Position numbers and translations under genes: made by a program
Part shown: positions 28,657-38,001 of the stretch, one piece after another
Layout of the letters: each line of letters opens with the position of its first letter
How positions within the stretch are numbered: position 1 is the stretch's first letter
IMG/VR virus record: IMGVR_UViG_3300049725_000037
Span: 1 to 58,664 of that record
Direction: 5' to 3' (one strand)
DNA length: 58,664 nt
DNA from: a virus
Lineage: Duplodnaviria; Caudoviricetes
Notes under the pieces: model-generated
Seen by the model: the letters and a program-made list of their open reading frames with translations, nothing else
Databases searched by the model: none
What the model was told of the DNA's origin: nothing

Positions 28657-29565
28657 CTACTGATGAAACACTTCGGCGTCGGAAGAATCAGACCCGCTGG
28701 TGCCGCCACCCAAGTCCCCGTAAACAGGAAGGGCGGATGGTTTCTTTGGATCGTACACCCGTCCTGACGCACTGACATCCGCGAATGTCGGCGCCGCGCC
28801 GCCTGCTCCAGCCGCGGGGTCGTTGAAGGGATTGTAACCGGATTTGTCCCGATTCGCCTTCAGTCGAAGCCTAGCCGTGGCGTCCTCCGGCTTCAATTCC
28901 ATCAGTTTGTCCCGGTCCCCTGGACTGAGCCTGAAGAACGCATTCCGCATCTCCGCCGAAAAGTGCATCGCATATCTGTTATGACTCAGTTCAGAAACGG
29001 TTGTCGGAGCGTCCGGCCGGGTAAGAAGCCCAGCGGCTGGCGATCCGGCAGCGACATTCGAAAGAAGGTGTTCATCCTGGGCAGGCTGCCCGCCTGAAAA
29101 CTGGCTAAGCAATTCCTGACTGGCTGGATGCCGGTATTGAGGCGTCATCCCACTGGCAGGATCAAACCCCTGCGCCGCGTTCGCGCGCATCGTATCCCTG
29201 TCCGTCCATTGGTGCCCCGTGCCCATGGACGCATCCCGGGCGTTCCGCACGAGTTCAGACGGCGCCGGCCGGCTCATCGATCGGTACGCATCCGCCCCCA
29301 GCATCGTGATATTCTCAGGCTGGATCAGCCCGGCGCCTCCACCCATGGTCTCATACCTCTTCCTGGCATCAGCCCTCTTCTTTAGAAGATCGCGCTGCTG
29401 TTGCGCTAGACGCACCATGCGACCTCGAAGAAGCCGGGGGCTGGCGTGGCCGCTGCGGGCTTCCCGAAGATCAAGCCGGTCCTGCGCTGCCTGATTTTCC
29501 TCGTCGAACGCCGCCTGATCCGGTGCAAGCAGCTTGTCGAGTGCGCTCTCAGTGATGATCGCCAT
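28657..29565 (-). CDS. Probable internal virion protein
   Basis: 302 aa, low complexity, between terminase and the giant gene. Confidence 0.7.
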   Translation of the reverse strand: MAIITESALDKLLAPDQAAFDEENQAAQDRLDLREARSGHASPRLLRGRMVRLAQQQRDLLKKRADARKRYETMGGGAGLIQPENITMLGADAYRSMSRPAPSELVRNARDASMGTGHQWTDRDTMRANAAQGFDPASGMTPQYRHPASQELLSQFSGGQPAQDEHLLSNVAAGSPAAGLLTRPDAPTTVSELSHNRYAMHFSAEMRNAFFRLSPGDRDKLMELKPEDATARLRLKANRDKSGYNPFNDPAAGAGGAAPTFADVSASGRVYDPKKPSALPVYGDLGGGTSGSDSSDAEVFHQ

Positions 29566-29633
29566 GGTAGATGCCGGCGGGACAGTTCCCCGCCCGGAAT
29601 TAACCTGGGTCGTGCAATCACGCCGATGCTGCC

Positions 29634-29662
29634 CAAGTAAGGCGACCGTCGGACTATGTAAA
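29634..29662 (-). promoter_or_regulatory. Possible sigma70-type promoter upstream of the internal-protein genes
   Basis: Minus strand TTTACA-17 nt-TACTTG in the intergenic gap. Confidence 0.3.
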
Positions 29663-29675
29663 GGAAAACCTTATC

Positions 29676-31430
29676 TCACCCCATCTGCCAGCCTCCGGCC
29701 GCCCGGGCCTTCTGAATGTCGATCTTCCGGCGGTGTTCCTTCAACTCGGTCGCCGACGCCTGCACGTTGTAGAAGCCGATCGCCGAGAAAAGAACCCCGT
29801 CATCGTGCGTGCCCGACATCGCCTCCGGCCGGCTGTTCCGGCTGATGATGAATGTCTTCATCTGCCCCAGAATCCATGGGTGGGGTATGTCGATTGTCGG
29901 CTCCTGCGGATTCCACTCGTTCACCATCTGGGCGAGGTGGTCGATGATCGTCTTGCGCGTCGTCTCGTTCGTCAGCCAGCCGAGCTGCTTGTCTGTGGTG
30001 CCGGCGGTCTTGTTGATGATCCTCCGGGAGTAGACCGAAATGCCGATCTCGTTCAGCTTCTTCACCATCGTCAGGCCGCAGTTGTTGACCTCCGGGAAAA
30101 CGATGCACCGACCGTAGTAGATGCTGAGTGCGGCCATGATGTTCGCCGCGACGTACTGCTCGACCCTCGACCAGTGGAACGCGACGACGCGCGGGCATAA
30201 CCAGAAGCCGCGGGTGTCCCGGTAACCTGCCCGGATGATACCGAGCGCATGGTAATCCGGGTCGGCCTGCGGCTTGTCGCTCACCTGATCCTCGCCGGTC
30301 ATCGTGTCGCCGATTCCGATATACCGGCATCCGATCTTGGGGTCTTCGTAGATGTCAATGCTGCCAGCCGGGTCTGGCGTGAACGACGCGCGCATGTCGT
30401 CGAGCAGCGTCAGTTCCCCGCGCTTCGGCGTGATCCGATCCGCCAGCTTCTCCATCTCCGTGATCTTCGTCACGTTGAAGCGGAATCGGGACGATCGGAA
30501 GAAGCAGCTGATGTCGTCCGACGGATATTCGCTTCGGAACTTTTCGACGTCCCCCTCGCACTTGACCTTGATCATCCGCCGGCGCCACGCCAGTTGCTCC
30601 AGGCTGAGTTTGAACTTCAGCTGCTCCTCGCGCTCGTCGTCGGTCATCGACCGCCGGAACTCCTCCGTCTCATCGGGATCGGAGAACGCCTTGATGTGAT
30701 CCGGCTCGCAGAACCACGGGATAAAGATTTTCGTCCATCCATTATCCTTGTTCATCCAGTATTTGAAGAAGGTTCCGAACGGTCCGTTGGGAGTCGAGTC
30801 CATGACTCCAAGCGTTGTCTCGCCCTCCGTCGATAGGGAGTTCAGAAATGCGAGCGCCGGGTCTTTCTCGCCGCGGGGGAAGAACGCCACCTCCGTCGTG
30901 TTCGCGACCTGCACGGTCCCGGAACGGCCGGCGTTCTTCGACATTGCCGTCTCCTTCCCGTAGTGGCTCCCGTTGCCAAGGGTGATGTCATCGTCGAGGT
31001 CGGCCTCGATCGGAAGTCCCCACTTGAAATGGTCATTCCTTGCCAGCCACTGAAAGATGCCAAAGACAGTGTCGGACGTGCCGGCGATGTCCCCCATGAC
31101 CGCGCCGTTGAGCCCCGGAAACTTTTGCAGGTGATGATAGATCAGCGCCTGGACACCGGTTGACCCGCCGTCCTGCCTCGGCTTCAGCAACATGATCAAG
31201 CAAGGCTTGTGCTGCTTCCGGCATTCCCGGTAGGCCCGGAACAACTCAATCTGGCAGACGCGCGGGCGAATAACCGGACCGCGAATCACCATCCCTTCCT
31301 TGGTTTTGATCTCGGCGCACTGACGGAACCAAAACTCGGGGTCCGCCCGGATCAGGGCGTCGAGGGTGGATGCGCCAGCGACGGCTTCCATGTGAGAATC
31401 CTCCCTGTGTTCGTCTCGACTGTCACGCAC
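29676..31430 (-). CDS. terL: Terminase large subunit
   Basis: LKPRQDGGST (Walker A region), TTEVAFF (Walker B), DSTPNG coupling motif, nuclease GIGD...PEVNN...HDDGV; true start may be 31391. Confidence 0.9.
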   Translation of the reverse strand: MRDSRDEHREDSHMEAVAGASTLDALIRADPEFWFRQCAEIKTKEGMVIRGPVIRPRVCQIELFRAYRECRKQHKPCLIMLLKPRQDGGSTGVQALIYHHLQKFPGLNGAVMGDIAGTSDTVFGIFQWLARNDHFKWGLPIEADLDDDITLGNGSHYGKETAMSKNAGRSGTVQVANTTEVAFFPRGEKDPALAFLNSLSTEGETTLGVMDSTPNGPFGTFFKYWMNKDNGWTKIFIPWFCEPDHIKAFSDPDETEEFRRSMTDDEREEQLKFKLSLEQLAWRRRMIKVKCEGDVEKFRSEYPSDDISCFFRSSRFRFNVTKITEMEKLADRITPKRGELTLLDDMRASFTPDPAGSIDIYEDPKIGCRYIGIGDTMTGEDQVSDKPQADPDYHALGIIRAGYRDTRGFWLCPRVVAFHWSRVEQYVAANIMAALSIYYGRCIVFPEVNNCGLTMVKKLNEIGISVYSRRIINKTAGTTDKQLGWLTNETTRKTIIDHLAQMVNEWNPQEPTIDIPHPWILGQMKTFIISRNSRPEAMSGTHDDGVLFSAIGFYNVQASATELKEHRRKIDIQKARAAGGWQMG

Positions 31431-33262
31431 CGGTCATCATACAGGCGGGCCATCGCGAAATCCTTCGTGGCGGTGACGTCGAGGGTCTGGCCGATGTGCT
31501 TCAGGCACCATGCGTCAATCACTTCGCGAGCCCGGATCGACTCATTCACGTCGCGTTGCGGACCCACCCGGGCCGTGAATATCTTCACCGTCTTGCCCCG
31601 GGCAATCCAGTTTTTCACCCGTGCCACCATCGCCGGCACCGGATCGCCGATCTTGTCGATTCCACCCCATTTGCCGTAGCTGGCGAGAGTGCCGTCAAGG
31701 TCGACGCCGATCCAGCCCGAGAGTGATTGCCGTGCCGGCGCGCCACCAGGGAATCCGAGCGCGGTGAGAGCGGCCAGCACCTGCCCGACCGTCACGGAAC
31801 GGATGCACGTCCCGTCGCCTTCGACACGAGTTTTCCCCGTCGACGTGTTCCGCACCCCGTAATCGGTTCCATCCTTGCGGCCGACAACGCCTGCGTGAAT
31901 GGAGCCCTTCGTCATCACAAACTCAGGCAGGGAGCCCCCGAAGATTCCGACCGCCGTAGTCCCGACCGCCTGCGCGACATGGAGAGGCATGCTGTCGATC
32001 CCAATGAAAAGCCCGCACCGGCTGAGCACGGCCGCGAGCGTTCCGATGGTCGTCCGCCCGATGAGCGAGAGGTCGCACGGCACAGACACCGACTCCCCAC
32101 CGACCAGGATAACCCGCCAGCCGAGTTTCCGCAGGCCATTAGCAAGAAAGATGAAGTTTTGGATCGGCCAGTCCCGGCAGGCCCAGTGGGTCGGCCCGCA
32201 GTGGATCGCGCACCAGCATCCGTCGGATTCTCCATCCTCCTCCTCCATGGCGGAATCCGCCCATGCCGCCTGCTCGCGCGTGAAATAGATCTCCGTCAGG
32301 TGCTCGATCGGTCCGGCCAGACCAGCGGCCTCGGCGTAGGCGTCGATGTAGTGCCGACCCGGCCGGTTCTCATAGGCCATGTCGAGGTCGATCACCCAGG
32401 CATCCCGGGGGATGACCGCCGGCGCCGGGGTCGCATAGGGATGATTCGCGAGAACATCCGGAACGAGGGTCTTGTAGTGGATGGGACAGAGCGGCCACTC
32501 GGCATGAAGCCTGCGGATCAGCGCCGTTGTGAGCAGCACGTCGCCAAAGGCCCCCGCGCGCTTGATCACGATGGGGAAATCCATCCGGCGGGCCTTCAGG
32601 TACGGCGCCCACACCTTGCAGAGCACGGAATGGTTCTCCCTCCAGATGTTCTCGATGCCGGGAACCATCTTCGAAGTCTGCCCCCCATGGTGGAACACGT
32701 TGATCCGGACCGCGTGGATCGTGTACCCGATCCGGCGCATGCGGAGCGACAGGTCGGAATCCTCGCCGTAGGCGAAATGCAGATACGGGGCGAACAGACC
32801 ATGCTTGCGCACGATTGACGCCTTCGCCATGAGACACGCCCCGTCGACATATTCGAGCTTCGCCCCGCCACGGCCGTAGAAGTTGTCCTGGAGTTCGCAG
32901 CAGCACCCCTCGCGGCCGACCAGGGCCGCCGTCGGATTCATCTTGAACGCCGCCTCCATCACCTGAAGCCAGCCGGCCGGAACCTCCGTGTCGTTGTTCA
33001 GCATCACGAAGTACTCCCCGCCGGCAACGTCCAGGGCCATCTTATTCGGTTCCTCGAAGCCGAGGTTGCTCGGATAGTGAACCACCCGCACGTTGGCGTT
33101 CTCCCGGACAACCGTGTCGAAGAACGCGCCCACGCCGTCCGTGGATCCGTTGTCGCTCAGGATCAATTCGAAGTCGTCCCCACTGTTTGCCAGCACCGTT
33201 GACAGGCACCGCCGCGTCAGGTCGAGGTTGTTGAACGCCAGGATGGAGATTGAGAACTTCAT
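31352..33262 (-). CDS. Triple fusion: GT2 glycosyltransferase + GT9-like glycosyltransferase + HAD phosphatase
   Basis: SDNGSTDG, LNNDT, YGEDSDL (GT2); GAFGDVLL, FIGIDSMPLHVAQAVG (GT9); WIGVDLDGTLA...YDDR (HAD). Confidence 0.85.
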   Translation of the reverse strand: MKFSISILAFNNLDLTRRCLSTVLANSGDDFELILSDNGSTDGVGAFFDTVVRENANVRVVHYPSNLGFEEPNKMALDVAGGEYFVMLNNDTEVPAGWLQVMEAAFKMNPTAALVGREGCCCELQDNFYGRGGAKLEYVDGACLMAKASIVRKHGLFAPYLHFAYGEDSDLSLRMRRIGYTIHAVRINVFHHGGQTSKMVPGIENIWRENHSVLCKVWAPYLKARRMDFPIVIKRAGAFGDVLLTTALIRRLHAEWPLCPIHYKTLVPDVLANHPYATPAPAVIPRDAWVIDLDMAYENRPGRHYIDAYAEAAGLAGPIEHLTEIYFTREQAAWADSAMEEEDGESDGCWCAIHCGPTHWACRDWPIQNFIFLANGLRKLGWRVILVGGESVSVPCDLSLIGRTTIGTLAAVLSRCGLFIGIDSMPLHVAQAVGTTAVGIFGGSLPEFVMTKGSIHAGVVGRKDGTDYGVRNTSTGKTRVEGDGTCIRSVTVGQVLAALTALGFPGGAPARQSLSGWIGVDLDGTLASYGKWGGIDKIGDPVPAMVARVKNWIARGKTVKIFTARVGPQRDVNESIRAREVIDAWCLKHIGQTLDVTATKDFAMARLYDDRCVTVETNTGRILTWKPSLAHPPSTP

Positions 33263-33687
33263 TTGGTGGGAAGCCTGCGCATGTCCTTGCAGGACTCGAA
33301 GCCGAGCTTCGCGTAGAATGTCATGCTGTTGCGGGTCGCCAGCCGGCAGGCCGTACCTTTCACCGCGTCATGCCGGATGACGCGCGCCATGAGAAAGCTC
33401 CCGAGGCCCTTCCCCCGAAGCTCCTTGTCGATCACCACGTCGCAGAGCCATGAGAAGGTCGCGCAATCCGACACCACCCGGGCAAACCCAACCTGTTTAC
33501 TGGTCGCCGACTCATAGAGCCCGAAGCAGATCGACGGCGGGGCAAGCGACCGGAGGATGACCGCATCGCTCCGCCAGGCCCCGAAGTAGGTCTGCTGGAT
33601 TGTCCGCGTGATCCAAACGACGTCCAGCAACGCAGCATCCGTGCTGACGAAGAACTGTGACGGCGGATCCTGGTCGATCTCGTTCAT
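33259..33687 (-). CDS. GNAT-family N-acetyltransferase
   Basis: QVGFARVVSD...LCDVVIDKELRGKGLG...FYAKLGF; ATG at 33687. Confidence 0.9.
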   Translation of the reverse strand: MNEIDQDPPSQFFVSTDAALLDVVWITRTIQQTYFGAWRSDAVILRSLAPPSICFGLYESATSKQVGFARVVSDCATFSWLCDVVIDKELRGKGLGSFLMARVIRHDAVKGTACRLATRNSMTFYAKLGFESCKDMRRLPTK

Positions 33688-34292
33688 TCCCGCTTCTCCC
33701 ATCCGTCGAGCGGCACGCAGTACGCCATGTTGGCGAAGATCGCCTGCGGCATCAGGCGCTTCTCGATGATCGCCGGCTGCACCCCGGGCCCGTGGTGAAG
33801 ATCGAAGTCATCGAAGAAGAAGTGCCGCACCCCAAGACGCTGACCGAGCTCGATGTCCGCCGCCACGTCCTCCCGCATGTGCCCGCCGTCAATGAAGATC
33901 GCGGCAGGCCGGCAGCCCGCAAGGAACTCGTCTGTCAACTCCCGCCGGAACTTGAACTCGAACCGCGATCCGAATTGCTCCCGCACCGCCGCCACCCCAG
34001 CCCGCAGCAAGGGATCGTTCTCCCGGACGTCCACGCTCGTCACCCGCTCCACCCCGAGGTTCAGCCAGAGCATCGACGAGTGCCCAAGGTTGAACCCGAT
34101 CTCCAGCAGGTGAACCGGATGAACAAGATTCAGGAACAGCCGGAACTTGTTCACGTTCGGCGCCCCGCAGTGGTACGGCGTCAGTTCACTGCGCTTCGGT
34201 AGCATCGCCGTCCACTTCGCGAAGTCCGCCGCATCCGCCTCCGTCGAGAAGTACGTCGTCTTGAAAAACCAGTCGTTCGGGTCGAAGCTCAT
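33684..34292 (-). CDS. Class I SAM-dependent methyltransferase (Methyltransf_24-like)
   Basis: LLEIGFNLGHSS, IFIDGGH, FFDD; ATG at 34292. Confidence 0.85.
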   Translation of the reverse strand: MSFDPNDWFFKTTYFSTEADAADFAKWTAMLPKRSELTPYHCGAPNVNKFRLFLNLVHPVHLLEIGFNLGHSSMLWLNLGVERVTSVDVRENDPLLRAGVAAVREQFGSRFEFKFRRELTDEFLAGCRPAAIFIDGGHMREDVAADIELGQRLGVRHFFFDDFDLHHGPGVQPAIIEKRLMPQAIFANMAYCVPLDGWEKRE

Positions 34293-35047
34293 GGCTCGTA
34301 CCCCCGCGCCCGCAGCCATTCGTGGATCGCCGCCGGATGCTCCCCCTTGAACTCGTCCAGCTTCAGATCCCCGTGAATCAGGCTCCACCAGGGGGCGCCC
34401 GTCGCCTCCGCCTCCGTCAGCCGCGGGTCATACGTCCCAAGCACCGCCTCGTGCATCACCTTCGACTTCGCGAAGAACGCCGCCGGCCGCCGCAAAAACC
34501 CGTAGTGGTACACGTTCAACCCCTCCACCCACTTCGCCCGGCTGTGCACCTCCATGTCCCGCGGATCCGGTTCGTCCGACACCATCCACAACGCCGTCGG
34601 CGCAAGCCGCGCCACCCGCCAGCCGCAGATGTATCCCCGCGGGATCGTGTGCTGAGCGTCCCGCCAGAAGTTCCACCGGTCGAAGTACCGGCAGCCACCC
34701 TCCTCCACCGCCGCCCGGATCAGCGCATGCGACTCCACCCCGATCAGTTCATCCGCGTCGAGCGTGATCTGCATGTCGAACTGCGCCGACTCCCGGATGA
34801 AGTTCAGCCACTTCGGCAGAAACTGCCCATCCTTGTGCGGGTCCGGCCAGGGACGGTTCATCACCCGGATCTTCCCCTCCACCACGGACAACGCCTCCAT
34901 CGCCTCCCGCGTCCCGTCCGTCGAATCAGAATCGCACAGGATCAACTCGTCCACCACCGGCAGAAGCGACCGCGCCGCCTCGATCCAGCAGTAGTCCAGC
35001 GAAAGCCCGTTTCGCACCGGAATGTATCCCGTCAGTCCATGCTTCAT
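34289..35047 (-). CDS. GT2 glycosyltransferase
   Basis: DELILCDSDSTDGT, LDADE, VYHYGF. Confidence 0.85.
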   Translation of the reverse strand: MKHGLTGYIPVRNGLSLDYCWIEAARSLLPVVDELILCDSDSTDGTREAMEALSVVEGKIRVMNRPWPDPHKDGQFLPKWLNFIRESAQFDMQITLDADELIGVESHALIRAAVEEGGCRYFDRWNFWRDAQHTIPRGYICGWRVARLAPTALWMVSDEPDPRDMEVHSRAKWVEGLNVYHYGFLRRPAAFFAKSKVMHEAVLGTYDPRLTEAEATGAPWWSLIHGDLKLDEFKGEHPAAIHEWLRARGYEP

Positions 35048-35193
35048 AGTTTTGCCTTCCGCCTCTTCATCTTCAACGCCCGCAAAAACGCAAGCCCCCG
35101 GTAATACTCCCGGTCACCGCGCACCTTCGACTTCCCGCGAGCACGGCCGCCAATGCGCCCCCACACCGCCAGATATTGGCTCGTGCGCTTCAT
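35044..35193 (-). CDS. 49-aa basic peptide
   Basis: Manual translation MKRTSQYLAVWGRIGGRARGKSKVRGDREYYRGL...; ATGA overlap with the GT2 start. Confidence 0.5.
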   Translation of the reverse strand: MKRTSQYLAVWGRIGGRARGKSKVRGDREYYRGLAFLRALKMKRRKAKL

Positions 35194-35199
35194 GCACAA

Positions 35200-35547
35200 T
35201 CAGAGTTGAATCGCCCCCCGCAGGTCCGAGATCTGCGCGCACAGGCATTCGATCTGCCGCGTGTGATCCTCGATGATACCCAGAACCTGAGTCGGCAGGG
35301 GTGCGGGGCATTCTCCGGGGGTTGGACTGACGGGCCCTAGATCCACGAGAGGTTGGCACTTCACCCGAAGTTCTTGAAACTGCCCAAACGCTTCGTTGAT
35401 CATCTTCTCCTGCCCCTCCAGCACAGTGAGAATCGTCTTCTTGGATGGTGCCGTCGCTCCTTCAGGATAATCCCTCGATGAAACAAGGACCGCAGCACCG
35501 CTGCGCGTCCGCCTTTCTTCTGCAATTGCCATTAGGTGGTTTTTCAT
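35200..35547 (-). CDS. Hypothetical protein
   Basis: 115 aa, packed between neighbours. Confidence 0.6.
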   Translation of the reverse strand: MKNHLMAIAEERRTRSGAAVLVSSRDYPEGATAPSKKTILTVLEGQEKMINEAFGQFQELRVKCQPLVDLGPVSPTPGECPAPLPTQVLGIIEDHTRQIECLCAQISDLRGAIQL

Positions 35548-35549
35548 AG

Positions 35550-35774
35550 CTAAGGTATCTCCAGGCTCAACGGCATCCGCTTCTGCCGCTCCCGCATCCG
35601 CTTCGCCATCTTCTCTTTGTTCGTGTAGTCACTCCCCCGCACCCGCGTCCCCGGCTGCGCCAGCGCCATCTTCCCCCGCGCCATCAGCCATTCCCGGTCG
35701 TACCGCGTCAGCGCCGGTATTTCCACCGCCATCGCGTGACGCTCCAGCAGCCGCAGAAACCCCAGGTCGATCAT
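35550..35774 (-). CDS. Hypothetical protein
   Basis: 74 aa; ATGA overlap with the upstream GT9 gene. Confidence 0.6.
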   Translation of the reverse strand: MIDLGFLRLLERHAMAVEIPALTRYDREWLMARGKMALAQPGTRVRGSDYTNKEKMAKRMRERQKRMPLSLEIP

Positions 35775-36931
35775 GGCCGCAGCCTTTCCACCGCCGCGAA
35801 GATCCGGCCAACCCCCGGCACCTGCACGATCCGTGTCTTCCCCTCGCCGGCCGGCACCTCCCGAGACTCCGTCCCGCCGTTCCAGCGCATCTCCTCACAC
35901 TGCCCCGTCTTCGCGCACGGCCCGTTCTCCGGGTAGTGCATCGGGTTCTTCGGCCAGTGGTGACACGGCGCCAGCGGGCACTTCCCCGACGTCAGGGCGA
36001 ACGTCCGACGGTAGAACCGCGTCCGCAGCATCCAGGACTCCGACCCGTACAACGCCACCGCCGGCAGTCCCAGGGCGCCCGCAACGTGCGTCCAGACTGA
36101 ATCCGGGGCGAGCACCGCGTCCGACGTCGCCACCACGGCCGCCGACTCCCGGAAGCTCAGCCGATCATGCGCGCAATTTATGACCCCCATCGACAAATCC
36201 TCACGGCTGTTCTCGCCCGGCACCGTCCCCGGCAGGCCGAGCAGCATCACCTCCCAGCCGCGACCCGTCAGCTTGCCCACGAGCTGCTTGGTCAGGTCCA
36301 GCGGGTACGACCGCGCCGCAGCGGAGCCGAACACCTGCAGGGCCAGCCTGGGCCGCGCGCTCCGCGGATACCGCAGGAGGATCGCCTCCCGCTCGAGCTC
36401 GGACACGCAGAACGCCGGCACCCGAGCCGCGTCCGCCTCCGGCAGCTCGATCCCGGCCGCCCGGGCAAAGGCATCCGCCGCGTGCAGCCGCGTCGCGTCC
36501 GGTCCGTACTCGGTCGCTCCTTCGAGGGGGATGACCACGTCGTACTCCTTCAGCCGATCCGCCGGCAGCGGGTATGGCTCGATCGCGTCGGGATACGGCA
36601 TGCCTCGGAACACCTCGGCGCCGCCCGGCGCGCAGGACACCGCGACAACGCTCTCCGGCCATCGGTGCTTGATCTCCCGGACCACGCAGCCGACGAACAT
36701 CAAGGCGCCCAGGCCGCCGGGCCGGATGAGCAGCACGCGACCAGGAGCGCAGCCGGCGGAGAGGATGCCTGTGCCAACTACGGTGTTGACCCGAGCGGTC
36801 CCCGGCGTGGAGAGGTAGGCGAGCTCCCATGCGTTGCGGTCCTCGACCAAGTAGGAGCCGGGCTCCAGGGAGGATGGATCTCCGGTCGGCGAGGTGTAGG
36901 CGAGATGTGCGGACAGCGTCAGCAGATGCAC
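35771..36931 (-). CDS. GT9-like (heptosyltransferase-like) glycosyltransferase
   Basis: RVLLIRPGGLG, VLAPDSVWTHVAGALGLPAVALYG, CPLAPCH; GTG at 36931 chosen within ORF 35771..37147. Confidence 0.8.
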   Translation of the reverse strand: MHLLTLSAHLAYTSPTGDPSSLEPGSYLVEDRNAWELAYLSTPGTARVNTVVGTGILSAGCAPGRVLLIRPGGLGALMFVGCVVREIKHRWPESVVAVSCAPGGAEVFRGMPYPDAIEPYPLPADRLKEYDVVIPLEGATEYGPDATRLHAADAFARAAGIELPEADAARVPAFCVSELEREAILLRYPRSARPRLALQVFGSAAARSYPLDLTKQLVGKLTGRGWEVMLLGLPGTVPGENSREDLSMGVINCAHDRLSFRESAAVVATSDAVLAPDSVWTHVAGALGLPAVALYGSESWMLRTRFYRRTFALTSGKCPLAPCHHWPKNPMHYPENGPCAKTGQCEEMRWNGGTESREVPAGEGKTRIVQVPGVGRIFAAVERLRP

Positions 36932-37240
36932 GAGCCCCAGTGAGAGCAGCTTACGCCGGAGCGCAAGCCTTTTCTGGGGCAGAAGAAAGCCGGCGGTCAC
37001 GCCTATGACGCGCCGCCGGCCCTCAACGAGAAGACACCAAACCAACTGAGGCGAGGATGGGGCAGATGGCGGCCGGATGTCGAGAGAAAACACATCCCTA
37101 GACGGTCTAGGTGTCTGTCGCACAATGTCTAATCTGTCTAATCGCAAACACTTGCAACTCGCGAGCGCAAGCCTATTTGCACAAAAACGCAGAATTATTG
37201 AACGCGCCAGCTTTTGTAACTCGTTGGTAATCGTCGAAAA

Positions 37241-37708
37241 TCACGGCAATTCGATCGACTCTGGCTCAGTTGGCCGAGCCTCGACTTCGACCACCGGCGC
37301 CGGCCCGGGCCCCAACTGCGCGACGTAGCTCTCGACTACCCCCTTCAGATCCATCCCTTGCGCCTGCAGGTCGCGCAGCACCGCGGCAACGTCCGGCGAC
37401 TTCTCAACCTCCCCGATCGCCTGCGTGATGATCCGCTTCACCGGCTCGCCCTCCATGTGCGCCAGGATCGCTTCAGCCGCCGACAGCCGCGTCTTCGCGT
37501 CGACTTCAGCCACCCATAGCTTCGATTCCTTGTCGAAGTGCGATGAATGAGCCGTCAGCGCATCCTTGAACGCCGCGACCATCAACCCGATGAACTCAGA
37601 ATCGGCGATGAGCGCATCGGCGATTTGCCGGCCGATCCCGCGACCAGCAGCCGGGGCGAGAAAATCTTGGGGCTTCGCGGAAAGCTCGCGCGTGCGTTGA
37701 GGTCTCAT
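37241..37708 (-). CDS. Hypothetical protein, possible terminase small subunit
   Basis: First gene of the late arm; helical; 'DAKTRLSAAEAILAHMEGEP'; assignment rests mainly on position. Confidence 0.4.
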   Translation of the reverse strand: MRPQRTRELSAKPQDFLAPAAGRGIGRQIADALIADSEFIGLMVAAFKDALTAHSSHFDKESKLWVAEVDAKTRLSAAEAILAHMEGEPVKRIITQAIGEVEKSPDVAAVLRDLQAQGMDLKGVVESYVAQLGPGPAPVVEVEARPTEPESIELP

Positions 37709-37760
37709 GTGAGGTGGGGGATTCTCGCGGCTGTCTGGTCTGGATGTAAAGATCGATCTT

Positions 37761-37946
37761 CCGCCAACGCCAACGTAGCCTTTCGCCATGCCACGCCGCC
37801 TATAGCGGCGGTGGCAAGTGGCGAAGATGGCGAGGAATGGCGAGGAATTGGCATGCCAAAGGCACGAGTTGGCGAGAGGTTTTCATAGGTAAAAGGCAAA
37901 TTGAGCCAACTCCGGCCAAGCCATAGATAATGGGATAATGCCAACT
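37761..37946. repeat. Cluster of TGGC(G)A / TCGCCA short repeats around a palindrome (possible origin, pac or operator array)
   Basis: TGGC at 37812, 37819, 37828, 37838, 37849, 37870; GCCA copies on both flanks; imperfect palindrome TGCCAC-GCCGC-CTATA-GCGGC-G-GTGGCA at 37789-37816. Confidence 0.55.
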
Positions 37947-37966
37947 CAGGACAACGAAATCCAGAA

Positions 37967-37996
37967 TTGACACCCAAAAAAGGGGTGATATTGGTT
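37967..37996 (+). promoter_or_regulatory. Probable early promoter with operator-like inverted repeat
   Basis: Perfect TTGACA at 37967; CACCC-N7-GGGTG overlapping the spacer; weak -10; lies just upstream of the first plus-strand gene. Confidence 0.45.
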
Positions 37997-38001
37997 GGGT
38001 A

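Noticed and set aside
6799-34202. Many long plus-strand ORFs opposite late genes (e.g. 6799..7773, 22375..23418, 31727..32818)
   Set aside because: Antisense shadows expected in GC-rich coding DNA; no recognisable motifs
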